The notes beneath the pieces are model-generated. The model was not told where the DNA came from. It was given only the letters and a program-made list of their open reading frames with translations, and made no database searches. Position numbers and translations under genes: made by a program. Positions 48,101 to 61,749 of a stretch of DNA of 64,000 nucleotides are shown piece after piece. This DNA is from Basidiobolus meristosporus CBS 931.73. Taxonomy: Eukaryota; Fungi; Basidiobolomycota. Every line of letters starts with the position of its first letter. Within the stretch, counting starts at the first letter, position 1. Location of the stretch: positions 1-64,000 of the forward strand of contig MCFE01000028.1 in NCBI GenBank assembly GCA_002104905.1, written 5' to 3'.

Positions 48101-49635
48101 ATTGGCTCATTTTCTGTTCCCCTATGTGTCCTAGCCTCCTATGCCACGTCTCCCAGTTGATTTCATCAGTTTCAGCAATGTTGACATACTCAGGTACATA
48201 GAGTACGTCAGTCAGTTTTGCTGTTGTTGCCCCTGAGTTATCACTCATATTTAGTTGCATAGACCCACTTGCAATAGCTTCCAATGCAGAGTTATCTCCC
48301 AGATAAACCTTTCTTACAGGAATAGTCTTTAAGTTGCTGAACCAATCCTTTATACCACAAATATGCTGTGATGCTCCAGAGTCAATATACCATTCATTAC
48401 TTTGGTTACTTGCATTCTCTTGCACAGTGACAAATAGCTGTTCATCAGTAGTTATATGGTTTGCCTGCTCTAGTTTCTGTTTTTCGTCTGCTTGTTTCTT
48501 CTTGCATTCTCTTGCCCAGTGTCCTGGCTTCTTACAGTAGTTACAGCAGCCAGGTTTTCTTTGGTTTTGCTGCTTTCCCTTCTTTTCTGTATGCCTTTCT
48601 GAACTGAATAAAGCATTATCTTCAATTTTCTCTGCTTGGTCATTACGTCTGAGTTCTTCATGGAGAAGTCTTCCTTTGACATAGTCTAAAGTCAAGTTGT
48701 CTTCTCTGCTTTCAAAAGAAAGTATGAGTGGCTCATACTTGTCTGGTAGGCTGCAAAGCTGACAGAGTATCTTTTCTTCATCATCTACACCAGCATTAAT
48801 ACTGTAAAGTTCTTCTGCAAGTGTCTCCATTCTGGTAATGAGTTGTAGCATGTCATCATCTGGCTTTTTTTCTCATGTTGAAGAACTTTCGTTTCAAATA
48901 AAGCTTGCTTGATACTGACTTTGCTCTAAAGATCTTCTCTAAGGATTCCCATGCTGCTTTGGCAGTATTTGAGGCATGGATTTGTCCAATGAAGGAGTCT
49001 TGCACATTGATGCATATTGCATTGAAGGCCTTTCTCTCCTTCTCTGGAAACTTCTCCATATCTTCTGCTGTTCCTTTGGGCTCAACTTCCTTTCCTGTTA
49101 CTATGTTCCAAAGCTTTCTTTCCTCAAGGTGAATCTGCATCTTGATTCTCCAAAGTCTGTAGTTCTTCCCATCAAACCTCTCCTTTACAGGGAAGATGTT
49201 GGTATTGCTTTGTTTGCTGGTAGAAGTCATCTTTAGAATAGATTAAGGCAATCGGGGCTCATAACCTGTTGCAATTTAAGAAGTGATTTGGATATAAGGA
49301 ACTTATCAAGAAATAGTGATAATAGTTGAACTGTTGTTTATTCATAAAGAAGCTCAGTATTTATACCTTTGTAGAAGTAATACAGCTGCAACACTAAGTA
49401 GGGAGGGTTTCTCAATATTCAGGAGCATTCTGTAACAGTTTCAGGGTTAGTACATAATGTTTGGTAATAGTGCTAATTTGATCCTGACTATAGGGGAATA
49501 ATCATAAGATCATATATCTGGAGAAAGTGGCAAAGTTAAGGCAGTAAATGAGTCCTACAGTGACTAAGACTAGCCTAGAATTGTTAAGTAAATTTTTAGC
49601 TGCTGAATGATACCAAATAGTCCAATATTTCAACA
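45115..49635 (-). mobile_element. Full-length Ty1/copia LTR retrotransposon, family A, 4521 bp, TSD GGTCT, coding region disrupted
   Basis: 369-bp LTRs 45115-45483 and 49267-49635 differ at 2 sites; PBS GGTTATGAGCCC; PPT AGTTGAGGGGGAG; gag from 49230 with CNYCKKPGHWAREC, protease DSGAS, integrase, RT YVDD, RNase H. Confidence 0.97.
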
Positions 49636-51293
49636 GGTCTGTTGGTTCATCTGCTGACTGACACCACTGATCTGATAGATAGCACAATCTTATTAATATG
49701 CTAATTTTACAACTCATTGATTTGACCAAGAACTGTTCTGACTAAACATTCAAGCAGCAAGCTGTTACATTCACCCTGAATATGACAAAAAAGGCTTGCA
49801 TAGATCTTTGTTCTTGTGATGCCAGTGATACAAGTTGTGATATAAGAGTTGTAAAGGAATTGGGAGTTTAGATAGTTCTGCGTTAACTGAGCTTGAAATG
49901 ACTTTCATTGAGGCTCCTGCAGCTCCTTATCTTCAACTTTTTAATCAAGTGTTGACTAATGGTATTTGCTAATGTTGGTTGTGGCAGATTACTCATTTGG
50001 TTGCATCATCTTCATCCATATAGATGTTATTCAGTATATATTGCACTGTCTGATAGAGATCTACTGATCCATCTGCTTACTCATGCAACTGATCAAAGGT
50101 GATGTTAAAATTCAGTAGACTCTAGATAGAGCCAATAGGTTGACTAAAAACTGAACTAAGACATCCAAGCAGCAGCTCATAACAGGAGTAAAAGCATTTC
50201 ATTGATTTGTCCTAACTGAATCCTGACTATTGAGGCACCAGAGATGTGAGTTTTTTATCTACTGATGACATACTTGCAAAATGTTTAGCTTTCATTAAAC
50301 AAAATAACCCTGGACTTGATCATCATGTTGCTACTGTAGTTTACAAAATGTATGCCCTACTCTCTTTGCTGTGGTTCAAAAATATTTATTTTTACTCAAT
50401 AGCTCAAATTTTGACTGCTTTCTGGCAGCTGCTTGTCATGTGCTATGTACACAAGTACTCATAGATGTTCTGCGCCTGAGCAATTTCCACAAAATGCCTG
50501 AATTGAAGTAGAAACATTAAGTGCTCTGCAAAAACACATACATCTGAGATATACAGCTATAGCAACTGATTCCACCTGATAATTATAGTGCAACTTCTGT
50601 GCATGGGTTGTTGACCTGATCATACCAGTTATTGAACTCTTTGTATTCTCTGACCCTCTATTATGCTGTGTGGGGTATGGTTTTGCAGTATCTTGCTTAA
50701 TTAAAGAATTTCTACAAATAGATGCAAGATTTGCTCAGTTAGAGAGTGCCACATTGAGCCATCAGTGCCAAGCAATGCTGTATTGTGCCCAAGAAGCCAG
50801 GTAGACCAATGCTTGGCCTAAGAGTGTGAAGCATAGTCCTATATCATTAGACTTGTATCATTGGATATTGCCGCATTGAGCCATGAGTACCAAATAGTGC
50901 CATTGTGTACCAGAGAGGCATAGAAGACCTAAACTTGGCTGCACAGTGTGAAATATAGGCCTTCATCTTCACGCAAAGCAGCCCGTGTGTTGCACAAATA
51001 ATGCTGGGGAAAATCCATTTTTGACCTTTTTTTGGGATCAATGTTGTGCAGGATGTGTAAGAGCACAGAAGAACTGAAGACATGAATCTGGTACGCAATA
51101 CCCATGGCATTCCTAATCTGGCCCATGTGGCTTGTATCATGTCACAAAAATTTGTGGAACTATCTTGGTCCACTGGTACTATCTGGCATTATATGTGCTT
51201 TGTATAGGTTTTACTTCAGGGCAATTATTTAAATATAGTGACAGATATTACCAGTGGGCCAAGGTGGTAGCAAACATTTTTGTGTCATGATAC

Positions 51294-52548
51294 TGTTACA
51301 ACCTAAGAAGTGATTTGGATATAAGGAACTTATCAAGATATAGAGATAATAGTTGAACTGCTGTTATTCATCAAGAGGATCATTTTTTATACTGTTGTAG
51401 AAGTAATACAGCTGTAACACCAAGTAAGGAGGGTTTCTTAACATTCTGGAGCATTATGTAACAGTTTCAGGGTTAATACATAATAATAGGTAAAAAATAT
51501 TAATTAGATCTTCACTATGGGAGAATAATCATAGGATCATAGATGTGAAGAATGTGGCCAAGTTAGGGCTGCAATAAGTCCTACAGTGACCAAGACTAGT
51601 CCTGAATGAATAAGTATGCTTTTTGCTGCTAAATGATACCGACTAGTCCAATACTCCAACACCCCCCCTCAACTAAATAATTTCTTAGTCCTGATTCCTC
51701 TCTAAGATTCTCAAATTGTGGTCTAACTAGTGGCTTTGTTGATATATCAGCCACCATTGTGTCAGTTGGACAGTTAACTAACTCTACTAGGTTATTTTCT
51801 ACAGATTCCCTCACAAAGTGGTGTTGAATATCTATGTGCTTAGTTCTGGTATGATTGGTAGGATTCCTAGCAAATGCGATGCAACTCCAATTATTTATGT
51901 AAATACATATTGGTTGATCTGAGTTAAAGCCCAAGTCGTTAGTTAATTTCTGTAGCCATATAGCCTCCTTAGCTACTTGGTAAGCAGCCATATATTTGGC
52001 TTCAGTCGTAGATAGGGCCATTGTTGGTTGTTTTATGCAATTCCAAGTAATAGCTGCACCAGCATAGAGAAATACATACCCAGTGGTATTGCATATGCCA
52101 ATCAGATCTCTACCCCAATCTGAATCACTATAACCATCAAACTTCCACCTATTGGCTGTCCTGAATATTCCAGTTCCGTATCTATGGCATCTTGTAGATA
52201 TTGGAAAATCCACTTAACTGCTGTGATTTGATCTGAACAATAACTCTATATGAGTTAAATGACTATTCTAGCTGGCACTGCAATATCAGGATGTGTAGAC
52301 ACCATCAAGTACATCAGGCTACCCGCCATTGATTGATAAGGAAAGTTTTAGTCCATATATGAGCCATTTTCACCTGAAACTGGCTGAGATTTGCTCAATT
52401 TTTGATTATTGTACATAGGGGTAGCTGCAGGCTTTTAATTTTCCATTATGTAGCACTTAAGAATGTCCATGATGTACTTAGACTGACTCAGCTCAACTTT
52501 CTGTGTAGGTATGTCAAAATTCACTTCAATACTTAGAAAATAGCTTAG
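51294..52548 (-). mobile_element. 5'-truncated copia family A element (3' LTR 51294-51661, PPT, RNase H and partial RT)
   Basis: TGTTACAACCTAAGAAGTGATTTGG...CTCCAACA followed by CCCCCCTCAACT; GYSDSDWG, ALSTTEAKY, RTKHIDIQHHFVRE. Confidence 0.9.
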
Positions 52549-55500
52549 TACCATCAGATCTCTGCTCTGATACCATATGATAGGCAGCAGATTCAAGTTG
52601 ATGTGAATCATTGGTCAGTAGAATTTGCTGGTAGAGTATTTGTCTAATGAGAGCCCATCAAGTGGCAAGGCAATGGCATGGTCATAGGCATCTTCAAAGT
52701 AGCCCATGCTTCTTAGTTGTATTTTATGCCTGCCATCAGACATATTAGGTATGTTTGCGCTTGATTGACACTGTGCATGATCCTTAAAAGCTTCACAACC
52801 TCTGCTGGACTGCATATGCTTTTTCAAATGGGGTGCTGCTGGAATATACCTGGACAGTGAGCAATACTCTGCCCTAATGATGGTGGATTCTTGATAAGTT
52901 GGACACCTTGCAGTGGTGGCATTTTCTAATATGAATGCCATTTAACTGTTAACAAATGCTGGTATCAGCACAGTCTCAGGGGTATATGTTGCTAACTGCA
53001 TGATGGTTGTTCATTTGTACCATGAACATGGTGAGTTGCATCCTGGAATGATTTTGGCAAAAAGAAGAAGTAGGTTTTTAAAGCCTCCGCTACTAACAAT
53101 AGTGGAAACACTCTGCTTCTCTGACCATAACATCACATCATTCACCAATAGATGTATCACTTGGCTCACTTGGCTCTAGAAAGTATCCTTGGCATTTTTT
53201 CCACAGGTGTTGTTTCATTGCAGTTTGGGATTTGGCCAGGCTAATGCAGGGTACTGTTGTTAGTGGAGAAAAAGCTATGTTGATAGTGTGCCATCTGAAG
53301 GAAATAATACGCACTCCTCAGGATCTCATCAAATCATAGCATCACTACAACCTTAAGTAACAAGTATGTTGTCAACTCATGCCAACGCATTAATGAAGCA
53401 ATTAGGTGCAGTGGCTGATGGGAAAGATGCAATGGCTCAGAAAAATCAGGAAATAGTCCAGAAACAGAATGAGCTGACAATATGTGTAGTGTCAATATCC
53501 CTGGTAGAGAATGCTGTATCTTTGCTGTAAAGAAGGAACTCAAGTAGCTCAATGTCACAGCCAAGAATTGAGCCATTTCCTGATGTGACAGCAGAGGAAT
53601 GCTGCACAGTTTTTGAAGCACCACAACTATGCCCAAAGATAAAGGCCCTAGAAAACCCTATAACAGCATGAGAGGGAGAAACATGGTGTTACTACTAAAG
53701 CCCCAAAAGCATAAAACAATGAAGTTCTATGAAGCTGTTGAGTGCATTGATGAAGAGTGGGCCACTATTCAAAGGCTGTAAGGGGTGTAGCATGCCATCA
53801 CCTTAAGGCTTCCATACCCTGGGACCATCAGGAACTCAAGGCCAAGCTGGATGCACTTAACTTGTTCCACAAGCATTATCCTTGACTCAGATGAGCAAGC
53901 AGACTTTAAGCCAGCATTGGTATGCTGAGGAAGTATCTCAAAAGTAGCAGAAACTATTAAAGGCTGACAAACAAGGGTCCAATTGCTAAAAATCAGTTGC
54001 TTCCTCAAGATCCTGTTACAAGCTAGGCCAAGTTCTCAATACAAGTGTTTAAGGGATATCAGGTAGCTGGAACAATGCCAGTAAGGGACAAGCAGGCAGA
54101 CATGGATAGACCAGCACAACATTTATCAAGGAAACAGTGTAGTACTACTCCAGAAGCACTCAGACAAAGTAAGAGTGAAAGACCTGGTGGTGATAAAAGA
54201 AAGGCAAAGGGAAACAGTGTACCTAAGCCAGAGACAGGGAAGCATTGGAAAAAGCTGTAGCTGTTGTCATTTATTGCAGTAAGCCTGAATCAGACTGACT
54301 CCAATGATAGCCTAGAAGAGTTACCAGCAAGAAAGGAGCTGCCTACTTAAGAGTTGGAAGTGTAGCCAGTTGAGCTACACTCCACTGAGGTAAATGAGTT
54401 TGCAGAAACAGGCAATTTGCCTGTCACAGTCCCTCAGATTGCCATTGTTGACAGAGTAAACATCCCCTAGACAGACAAATCATCAATGCAATGACCTCAA
54501 AAGACTATCACAATGCCTTAAGTGGAGTTTTTGAACATTGATAGGCACACCAGGAGGCTGCTGCATTTCCTCAAGAGCATTGCTCTAGAAAAGGCACAAG
54601 GATATGCAAGGACTGATTGCAAAGAGTGGCAGATGAGGTGCTAGATGAGGTGCTAGATCTAGCAGTGCTGGGTAGGCCCATGACATATATAACTAGCAAA
54701 TTAGCAATGGATCATTTTTAGTATGGAAGCTGTAACAACATCACCACCACCATAATTAGCAAGTATGTTGTCAGCTCATGCCAAAGCATTTTTGAAGCAA
54801 TTAGATGCAGTGGCTGATAGGATTGATGCAATGGCCCAGAAAAATCTGGAAATAGTCCAGAAACAGGATAAGTGGATAATAGGTGTAGAGCAATCAATAT
54901 CCCAGGCAGAGAGTGCAGTATCTCTGCTGTAAGGAAGGGACTTAAGTAGCTCAATGTCATAACTAATATTTGAGCAATTTCCCAATGTAGCAGCAGAGGA
55001 ACAATGTAATGTCTGTGCCTTGCAACAACAGTGCCCAAAGATGTAGCTAACAATGGTACCTATCACACGGGGTGAGGCAGAGACTTTGATCTTTGTACTC
55101 AAGCTTAAATATCAACAGAGAATGAAGACCTGTGAACCTGTTGAGTGCAATGATCAAGAGTGGGCTAGTACTCAAGAGGCTGTAGGAAGTAAAGCATTAC
55201 ATAGCCTTAAGGCTGGTGTACCATGGGACCTTCAGCAACTCAAGGCCAGGTGAAATGTGCTGGATCTGCTCCTTGAGCATTATCTTTGTTTCAAGCAGGC
55301 AAACAGATTTTGTGCCAGCATTGGTATGTTAAAAGAGTCACTCAAGAATAGTAAAAGCTATCAAAGAAAGAGTAGATGGGGTGCCATAGCTAAAAACCAG
55401 TGGTTTCCTCAAGTGCTTCTCAGAAAAAGGCTAAAAACCCCAAAAGCAGCATAGAAATGGCATGTGGCTAGAAGAATGCTAGTAATGGACAAGCAGGTCA

Positions 55501-56600
55501 AAACAGATCAATTGGTACTGCATGTATTACAGAAAAAATGAAGTTCAATATAACATGTTCTCTGTCAAAGTATTGGTACAAAACCTGACAGGAATAAAAA
55601 CCCACAGTTCTCTCATCAGCCTGTTAATAGCATGGCAGATAGCCTGAACTAAGTAGCAAAGAAATGTGACATAGCCAGAAGTGTGCCACAAATGGATAAG
55701 CAGGTAAAATCAGATCCACAAGTGCAGTATTCATTGAGAAGAAACTGTGGTACAATACAGGAGGCACTCAGTTAAAGTATTATGGAAGACATGGCAGCAA
55801 TAAAGGTACAGGAAAATGATAAATATATACCCAGGCCAGTGAGTGGGGAGCATGAGAAAAAAGCTGCAGTTGTCACCAATTAATGCCTTTTGCCCAAAAC
55901 AAGCTGAACTCCATAGTAGCCTCAAAGTTATACCAAGAAGACAGCAGCTGTTTCCTCAAGAATTGGAAGCGCAGCTGGTTGAGCTGCACTCTAGTAAGAT
56001 TATGAGCTTGCAGAGAAAGGCAATTTCTTTGCCACAGCCTTTGACTCCTCCTCTGTAGACAGAGTGAAAATATTGCTGACTGACATAGCCATAACATCAA
56101 GAACTCCATAGCCCATCACAGTGCCTACAGTGAACCTTTGGGGCATTGATAGGCACATCAAGAGGTTACAGCACTTCATCAAGAGCAGTGCTTAAGAAAA
56201 TGTACTTAAATATTGCAAGCACTTATTACAAAGACTGGCAGATAAGGTGCTAGCCTTGCAGTGCTGGCTAAAGGCAAGACACATGAAAACCAGTGAATGA
56301 GCAATGGTACAAAGCCATAGGGCTCTTGTAAAGTCATTAAAAGAGTGCAACATAGCATAAATACTTGGTGAATGGTGAATTTCACTAGAGCAACTTGTTA
56401 CAGGTAGGTTAGGCTTATTGTAAGTGTTAAGTGTAGGACTTGTGCTGGTTAATACAACCAAAGATTGAGCTACAACTGAAGTTTCAATGGAAGCTAACCA
56501 ATTTGTAGGCATCACAAATAAGAGCGTGGTTTCAGTGAGAAAATAAGTGATATGAAAGCAGGCAATAGCCAATTAACACTCAGAAACTTAGTAGGTGCAG
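52549..56600. mobile_element. Partial CMC element: transposase N-terminal half (minus) followed by two tandem ORF2 copies (plus, ~53330-54660 and ~54720-56330)
   Basis: ARCPTYQES..ALPLDGLSL at 52615-52941; the ORF2 start CATCACCACCACCATAATTAGCAAGTATGTTGTCAGCTCATGCC recurs at ~53340 and ~54740. Confidence 0.72.
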
Positions 56601-56917
56601 AAGGAGATTACTAGGTAAGCTTCTCTGCCATTACAAGAACTATTTCCTTTCAAGGTTTTGTGGCACTGTCCATGGCAACAAAGCTTCAAGAAGCTTTTAT
56701 TCACAGCTGACAGCAATGGAAAGCCTCCTTGCAGTGGGTATAGATGACTTAGAAGAGGCTTGATATACTATATTCAGAGCTATAATAGACTCCTATATTC
56801 CACAGTGCTAGGTAGCAGCTTCTGTGGTAATGGAATTTAACTTAATCCATTGGATATGTGGTAATGGAAAGTATTCATTACTGCATATATCAAGACCAAT
56901 ACTGCACTCATTTCTTT

Positions 56918-59900
56918 ATGTTTGTGTTGTTCTGTTTGCTGGTAGAAGTCATCTTTAGAATAGATCAAGGCAATTGGGGCTTATAACCTGTTGCAACTTA
57001 AGAAGTGATATGGATATAAGGACCTTATCAAGAAATAGTGATAATAGTTGAACTGTTGTTTATTGGTAAGAAGCTCAGTATTTATACTTTTGTAGAAGTA
57101 ATACAGCTGTAACACTAAGTAAGGAGGGTTTCCCAATATTCAGGAGCATTCTGTAACAGTTTCAGGGTTAGTACATAATAGTTAGTATTAGTGCTAATTT
57201 GATCCTGACTATAGGGGAATAATCATAAGATCATTGATCTGGAGAAAGTGGCAAAGTTAGAGCTGTAAATTAGTCCCACAGTGACCAAGACTAGTCCAGA
57301 GTTGTTAAGTAAATTTTAGCTGCAGAATGATACCAAATGGTCCAACTCTTCAACCCTCCCCCTCAACTAAATAATTTTTTAATCCTAATTCCTCCCTGAG
57401 ATTCTCAAATTGTGGCCTATCTGGTGGTTTTGTGAATATATCTGCCACCATTTTGTTAGTTGGGCAGTACACTAACTCTACTAAGTTATTTTCTACAGCT
57501 TCCCTCACAAAGTGATGCGGTATATCAATGTGCTTAGTTCTGGCATGATTAGTAGGATTTCTAGCTGATGAAATACAACTTTGATTATCCTTCTAAATAC
57601 ATGTTGGTTCATCTGAATCAAAACCTAAGTCTTTGAATAATTTTTGTAGCCATATAGCCTCCTTAGTTGCTTGACATACATCCATATATTCTGCTTCAGT
57701 TGTAGATAGGGCCACAGTTGCTTGTCACTTGCAATTCCAAGTAATAGCTGCACCAGCATAAAGAAATACATAGCCTGTGGTAGAGCGTCTGTCAATCAAA
57801 TCCCTACCCCAATCTGAATCACTATAACCATCAAATTTTTGCCTATTAACTGCTCCAGTGTATTCCAGTACCATATTTATGGTACCTTGTAGATATCTGA
57901 AAATCTGCTTAACTGCTGCAATCTGATCTGATCCATAATTCTGCATGAATTGACCAACTATTCCAACTGCCACTAAATATCTAGAAGTGTAGACATCATC
58001 AAGTAAATTAGGCTACCAACTATTGATTGATAAGGAAAGTTTTAGTCCACATTTGAGCCAATTTCATCTATAACTGGCTGAGATTTGCTTAATTTCAGGT
58101 TATTGTCCATAGGGGGAGCTGCAGGTTTGCAATTTTCCATTTTGAAGTGTCTGAGAATGTCCTTGATGTACTTAGACTGATTCAACACAATTTTCTGCGC
58201 AGGTATGTCAAATATGACCTCAATTCCAAGAAAATAGCTCAATTTTCCAAGATCTTTCATCTCAAACTTGCTGGAGAGATCTGATTTTGTCTGTTTAAGT
58301 GCCCCTTGGTCACTTGTAGCTATACTTAGGTTTTCCACATAAGAACTAGGATGATCAAACCCTTTTTGAGCTGTTTCACATATATACTGTGATTGGCAAT
58401 GCTACAAGAGAATCCAATTTCCTCTAGATATGTGTCAATTGTACTATACCATGCTCTAGGTGCCTGCTTAAGCCCATACAACATTTTCTAAGTTTGCACA
58501 CCTTATAGGGGTCTTTTGGATTGATAAAGCCTTCTGGTTGCTCCATATATCTAGTTTCTTGCAAATCCCCATTTATAAAGGCTGTTTTGACATCAATTTG
58601 GTGTAGATCTAGACTATGTACAGCTACCAGGGCTAGAACTGTCCTAATGGAGTTAAACTTGGCAACCTGAGCAAATGTTTCCTTAAAATCTAGTCCCTGG
58701 ATCTGGGAATAGCCTTTAGCCACCAATCTAGCCTTGTACTTATCAACAGCGCCATTTGAGGTTATCTTGATCTTGTAGAACCATCTACATCCTATTGGCT
58801 TTCGCCCATCTGGTAAATCTACTATTCCTGTGTTTTTGGCTTGATCAGTGATTGGTACTCCTCATGCATGGCTTGTTGCCACATAGTAGCATCTGGACTT
58901 TGCATTGCCTGTTTCAGATTCTGAGGTTTGGCACATAAGGCAAGATAAGCTTCTTCATGATCATTGGATGTCTGCCACCAGGATCCAGGGGCATTTCTTA
59001 TTCTGGTACATCTCCTAACTGGGATAATCTGTTCTAAGCTGGAACTGGTAGAAGTATCTTCTGTATCTGGCTGGATTTGGTATGTACCTTCTTCATTAGT
59101 GTTGATTGCATCATCAGGCAGCTGGCCAATGATTTCTGTGGCTTTCTGATCTGAGTTCTCCTCAAATACAGCATCCCTGCTCTTGATCAGCTTCTGAATT
59201 TTGCCATCATACACTCTATACCCTTTAGTATCTTCACAATACCCAAGAAAGATCCCTTTTCTACTCTTTGGTTCCAACTTTGAGCATTTTTTGTCAGGGA
59301 TGTGATAAAAAACATCACTGCCAAAGATCTTGAGGTGCTGGAGATCTAGTTTTTTGCCTGTATATGCTTCATAGGGTGTAGAATCACGTGGTGCTGTTGT
59401 TGGGCATCTGTTCTTGATGTATACAGTGGTAGCAACAGATTCAGCCCAAAGCTTGTAGTCCATTCCCTTATCATGTAGCATAGAACTTCCCATCTCTACT
59501 ATTGTTCTATTTGCGTGTTCTACTACTCCATTTTGCTGTGGAGTATGAGGAACTGTGATCTGTTGAAGTATACCAGTAGACAAGCAGTATTTTCCAAACT
59601 CCTTTGAACAGTATTCTCCTCTGTTGTCACTTTGTAGTACCTTCAATTTACACCCAGTTTGTGTTTCTGCCATGTTCTTGAAGTGCTTAAACTTCTCTAA
59701 GGCTTCATCCTTTGTTTTGAGGAAGTACACCCATGTATATCTTGTTTTGTCATCAATAAACGTCATAAAGTATCTCTTGGCTCCAAAGGGCAGTGTTATC
59801 ATGGGGTCACATATGTCTGAGTGTATAATAGCCAATATTTTGGTGGTATTGATGCCTTATGAGCTCTTGAAATGTTGTCTAGCTTGTTTGCCATATGAAC

Positions 59901-61668
59901 ATTCCTTACAAACATTCAATTTGATCAGAACTGAGTATTATAGGCCCAAAACAAGCTGATGTTTCACCAATTGGCTCATTTTCTCTTCCCCAATGTGTCC
60001 TAGCCTCCTATGCCACATCTCCCAGTTTGTTTCATCAGCTTCAGCAATGTTGACATACTCAGATATAATGATCTTGCATTGTAACTTGTATATATTGTGA
60101 TCTCTAATTCCCAAAGCTAATTTTTGTCCATTCTCACTCAATATGGAGCAACTCATTTTAGTAAAAACAACTTTCAGTCTCTGAGCAGTTGCTTTACTGA
60201 CTGAGAGTAGGTTCTTAGCTATTCCAGGTACATGGAGCACATCAGTGAGTCTTGCTGTTGTTGCCCCTGAGCTATTGCCCATATTTAGCTGTATAGACCC
60301 TCTTGCAGTAGCTTCCAGAGCAGAGTTATCTCCCAGATAAACCTTTCTTATGGGAATAGTCTTTAAGTTGCTGAACCCCTCCTTTATACCACAAATATGC
60401 TGTGAGGCTCCAGAATCAATATACCAAACATTACTTTGGTTACTTGCACTCTCTTGTACGGCTACAAATTACTGTTCATCTGTAGGTGTATGGTTTGCCT
60501 GCTCTAGTTTCTGTTTTTTGTCTGCTTGTTTCTTCTTGCATTCCTTTGCCCAGTGTCCTGGCTTTTTACAATAGCTGCAGCAACCAGGTTTTCTTTGGTT
60601 TTGTTGCTTTCCCTTCTTTTCTGTGTGCCTTTCTGAACTGAATAAAGCATTATCTTTGATTTTCTCTGCTTGATCATTATGTCTGAGTTCTTCATGGAGA
60701 AGTCTTCCTTTGACATAGTCTAAAGTCAAATTGTCTTCTCTGCTTTCAAAAGAAAGTGTGAGTGGCTCATACTTGTCTGGTAGGCTGCAGAGCAGACAGA
60801 GTATCTTTTTTTCATCATCTACACAAGTATTAATACTGTAAAGTTCTTCTGCAAGTGTCTCCATTTTGGTAATGAGTTGTAGCATGTCATCATCTGGCTT
60901 CTTCCTCATGTTGAAGAACTTTTGCTATAAATAAAGCTTGCCTGATACTGACTTTGCTCTAAAGATCTTCTCTAAGGATTCCCATGCTGCTTTAGCAATA
61001 TTTAAGGCATGGATTTGTCCAATGAAGGAATCTTGCACATTGATACGTATGGGATTAAAGGCCTTTCTCTCCTTCTCTTGAAACTTCACCACTTCTTCTG
61101 CTGTTCCTTTGGGCTCAACTTCTTTTCCTGTTACTATATTCCATAGCTTCCTTTCCTCAATGTGGATCTGCATCTTAATTCACCAAAGTCTGTAGTTCTT
61201 TCCATCTAACCTATCCTTTACAGGGAAGATGTTTGTGTTGTTCTGTTTGCTGGTAGAAGTCATCTTTAGAATAGATCAAGGCAATTGGGGCTCATAACCT
61301 GTTGCAATTTAAGAAGTGATATGGATATAAGGACCTTATCAAGAAATAGTGATAATAGTTGAACTGTTGTTTATTGGTAAAGAAGCTCAGTATTTATACT
61401 TTTGTAGAAGTAATACAGCTGTAACACTAAGTAAGGAGGGTTTCCCAATATTCAGGAGCATTCTGTAACAGTTTCAGGGTTAGTACATAATAGTTAGTAT
61501 TAGTGCTAATTTGATCCTGACTATAGGGGAATAATCATAAGATCATAGATCTGGAGAAAGTGGCAAAGTTAGAGATGTAAATTAGTCCCACAGTGACCAA
61601 AACTAGTCCAGAATTGTTAAGTAAATTTTTAGCTGCTGAGCGATACCAAATAGTTCAATATTTCAACA
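56918..61668 (-). mobile_element. Copia family A element (LTRs 56989-57355 and 61300-61668) followed by the PBS and gag start of a second, truncated unit
   Basis: Complete but stop-riddled gag-pol at 57356-61263; 56918-56988 repeats 61229-61299 outside the LTR; no TSD. Confidence 0.92.
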
Positions 61669-61749
61669 GTTGCATTATACAGAACTAGTTGTAGGCCAAT
61701 GTACTGCCATTGTAATTTCTAGAGAGATTCATAAAGAGGCCATCAAAAA

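Noticed and set aside
50200-51200. LINE reverse transcriptase remnant (NNPGLDHH..YK resembling KAPGPDG..YK)
   Set aside because: Only one weak motif; no RT core motifs recovered.
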